From: Paramoeba atlantica
Lineage: Eukaryota > Protista > Discosea
Direction of reading: 5' to 3'
NCBI GenBank assembly: GCA_977017575.1
Contig: CDRNVI010000049.1
Location: 186,001 to 250,000 of the forward strand
DNA length: 64,000 nucleotides
The position numbers and the translations under genes are program-made. This document shows, piece by piece, positions 62,990 through 64,000 of the stretch. How positions within the stretch are numbered: position 1 is the first letter of the stretch; every line of letters begins with the position of its first letter. The notes beneath the pieces are model-generated. The model worked only from the letters and a program-made list of their open reading frames with translations. It had not been told where the DNA came from and did no database searches.

Positions 62990-63560
62990 GAATATAACAT
63001 AAAAAGATCAACAACATCTCCCTAAAGCTCCTGGCTCAAAGCTTGAATGCGAAGCAACAATACGCAATCCGCGTACACACACCTTCAGAGACAGGTGAAG
63101 CTGTAAAATTGTTTGTTAAAAAGGTGGAGGAGGTTATTCAGACGTGGCTGGGTCTGCTTACGGCAGAGAAAATCGAGCCGGCTCGCCTTCCTATTAAGAA
63201 AGGGGGATTGCGATTGACTTCGCGTACTAACATTAGAGAGGCGGCATATACTTGTAATACTTCGCTTCATATGACAAAAGAGCGCCAAAATTCCTTTTCT
63301 GCTCGTGCCAATGGAGTGAGGGGAAACGGAATTCTCAACGCCGGTAACTCCCACGATCTAGTACCACCAACACACGACAAGAACAATCGCAGCGATATAC
63401 CACGACGAAGTACTAAAGATCATAGAGAAGGACCCATTCATCTCCAAGATCCTAAGGGCAACGACGATAAATGGGCCAGAGCGAGATATTCCTGCATCCA
63501 AGCGCGAAGCTGAGGTACGAAGTGTGCTTCGAGGAAAGGTTGCGAGAACTGGCGGTAATT
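62990..63560 (+). mobile_element. Highly decayed CRE-like RT C-terminal fragment
   Basis: YAIRVH.P...ARLPIKKGGLRL...EAAY. GCTTCGAGG.AAGGTTGCGAGAACTGGC is shared with ~8685-8712. Confidence 0.55.
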
Positions 63561-64000
63561 TTTTTTCTCCACCCTCAAAAGATAGAGTGGTTTTTTTGGT
63601 CAAGGGGCACCTTATTGCATTACCTAAGGTGCAGGGGCATGGCACACCCCACCTCCCTATCTTAGTGCTGCTGCTGTGACGTCAGTAGGGCACCTAGGCT
63701 CACCTCCGTAGGGCACCGCAAAAGCTATATTTTTGTAGCTGGCTCACGCAGCGAAAAGCACTCTTTTTGGAACCTTTCGAGGTATTTTTTTCGTGTCTGT
63801 GTAGATGACTCGTCATCTTCATGGGCGCCTACGTCCCGCTGATACAGGCTTCGGTACCAGAGAGGGATGAGACCACATCGCTTCGGCGACAAACAGTCCA
63901 TTTTGAACATTGAACCGGCACCTCCATACTGCAAAGAAATTTTCCATGATACTGGAGGTTTTCTCCGTCTTCCAGTAAAGACTTCACTTCTCAGAGCCAG

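Overview
Eukaryotic DNA, most likely a non-trypanosomatid kinetoplastid. This is an inference from intron-less genes all on one strand, a TbMORN1-like protein, a kinetoplastid-type SCO1 and a U1-ZnF/RNase III protein; the LRR gene and Merlin elements suggest a Perkinsela- or bodonid-like lineage. Two minus-strand gene clusters are present. The first (20.4-33.7 kb) holds a hypothetical gene, a WAPL-like gene, an LRR gene, nicotinamidase, a small ORF, MCM5 and a PIWI-like Argonaute. The second (51.5-60.6 kb) holds a second Argonaute with identical protein, an RNase III, MORN1 and SCO1. An SRR1-like gene lies at 2-3 kb. The rest is a dense nested mosaic of decayed mobile DNA: Merlin, Tc1/mariner and MITEs, CRE/SLACS-like REL retroposons, RTE-like RT and RNase H fragments, a VIPER-like tyrosine-recombinase retroelement, tRNA-derived SINEs and satellites. 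The main observations are: (1) a near-canonical twister self-cleaving ribozyme at 45269-45338 with compensatory base changes; (2) a TIR/TSD-bounded Merlin transposon whose DDE core is replaced in frame by a complete LINE reverse transcriptase; (3) a duplicated Argonaute with an unusual RRDD-repeat/C4 zinc-finger N-terminus, bracketing 17 kb of transposon debris; (4) two tRNA-derived SINE families; (5) C-to-G strand-skew switches inside housekeeping genes.
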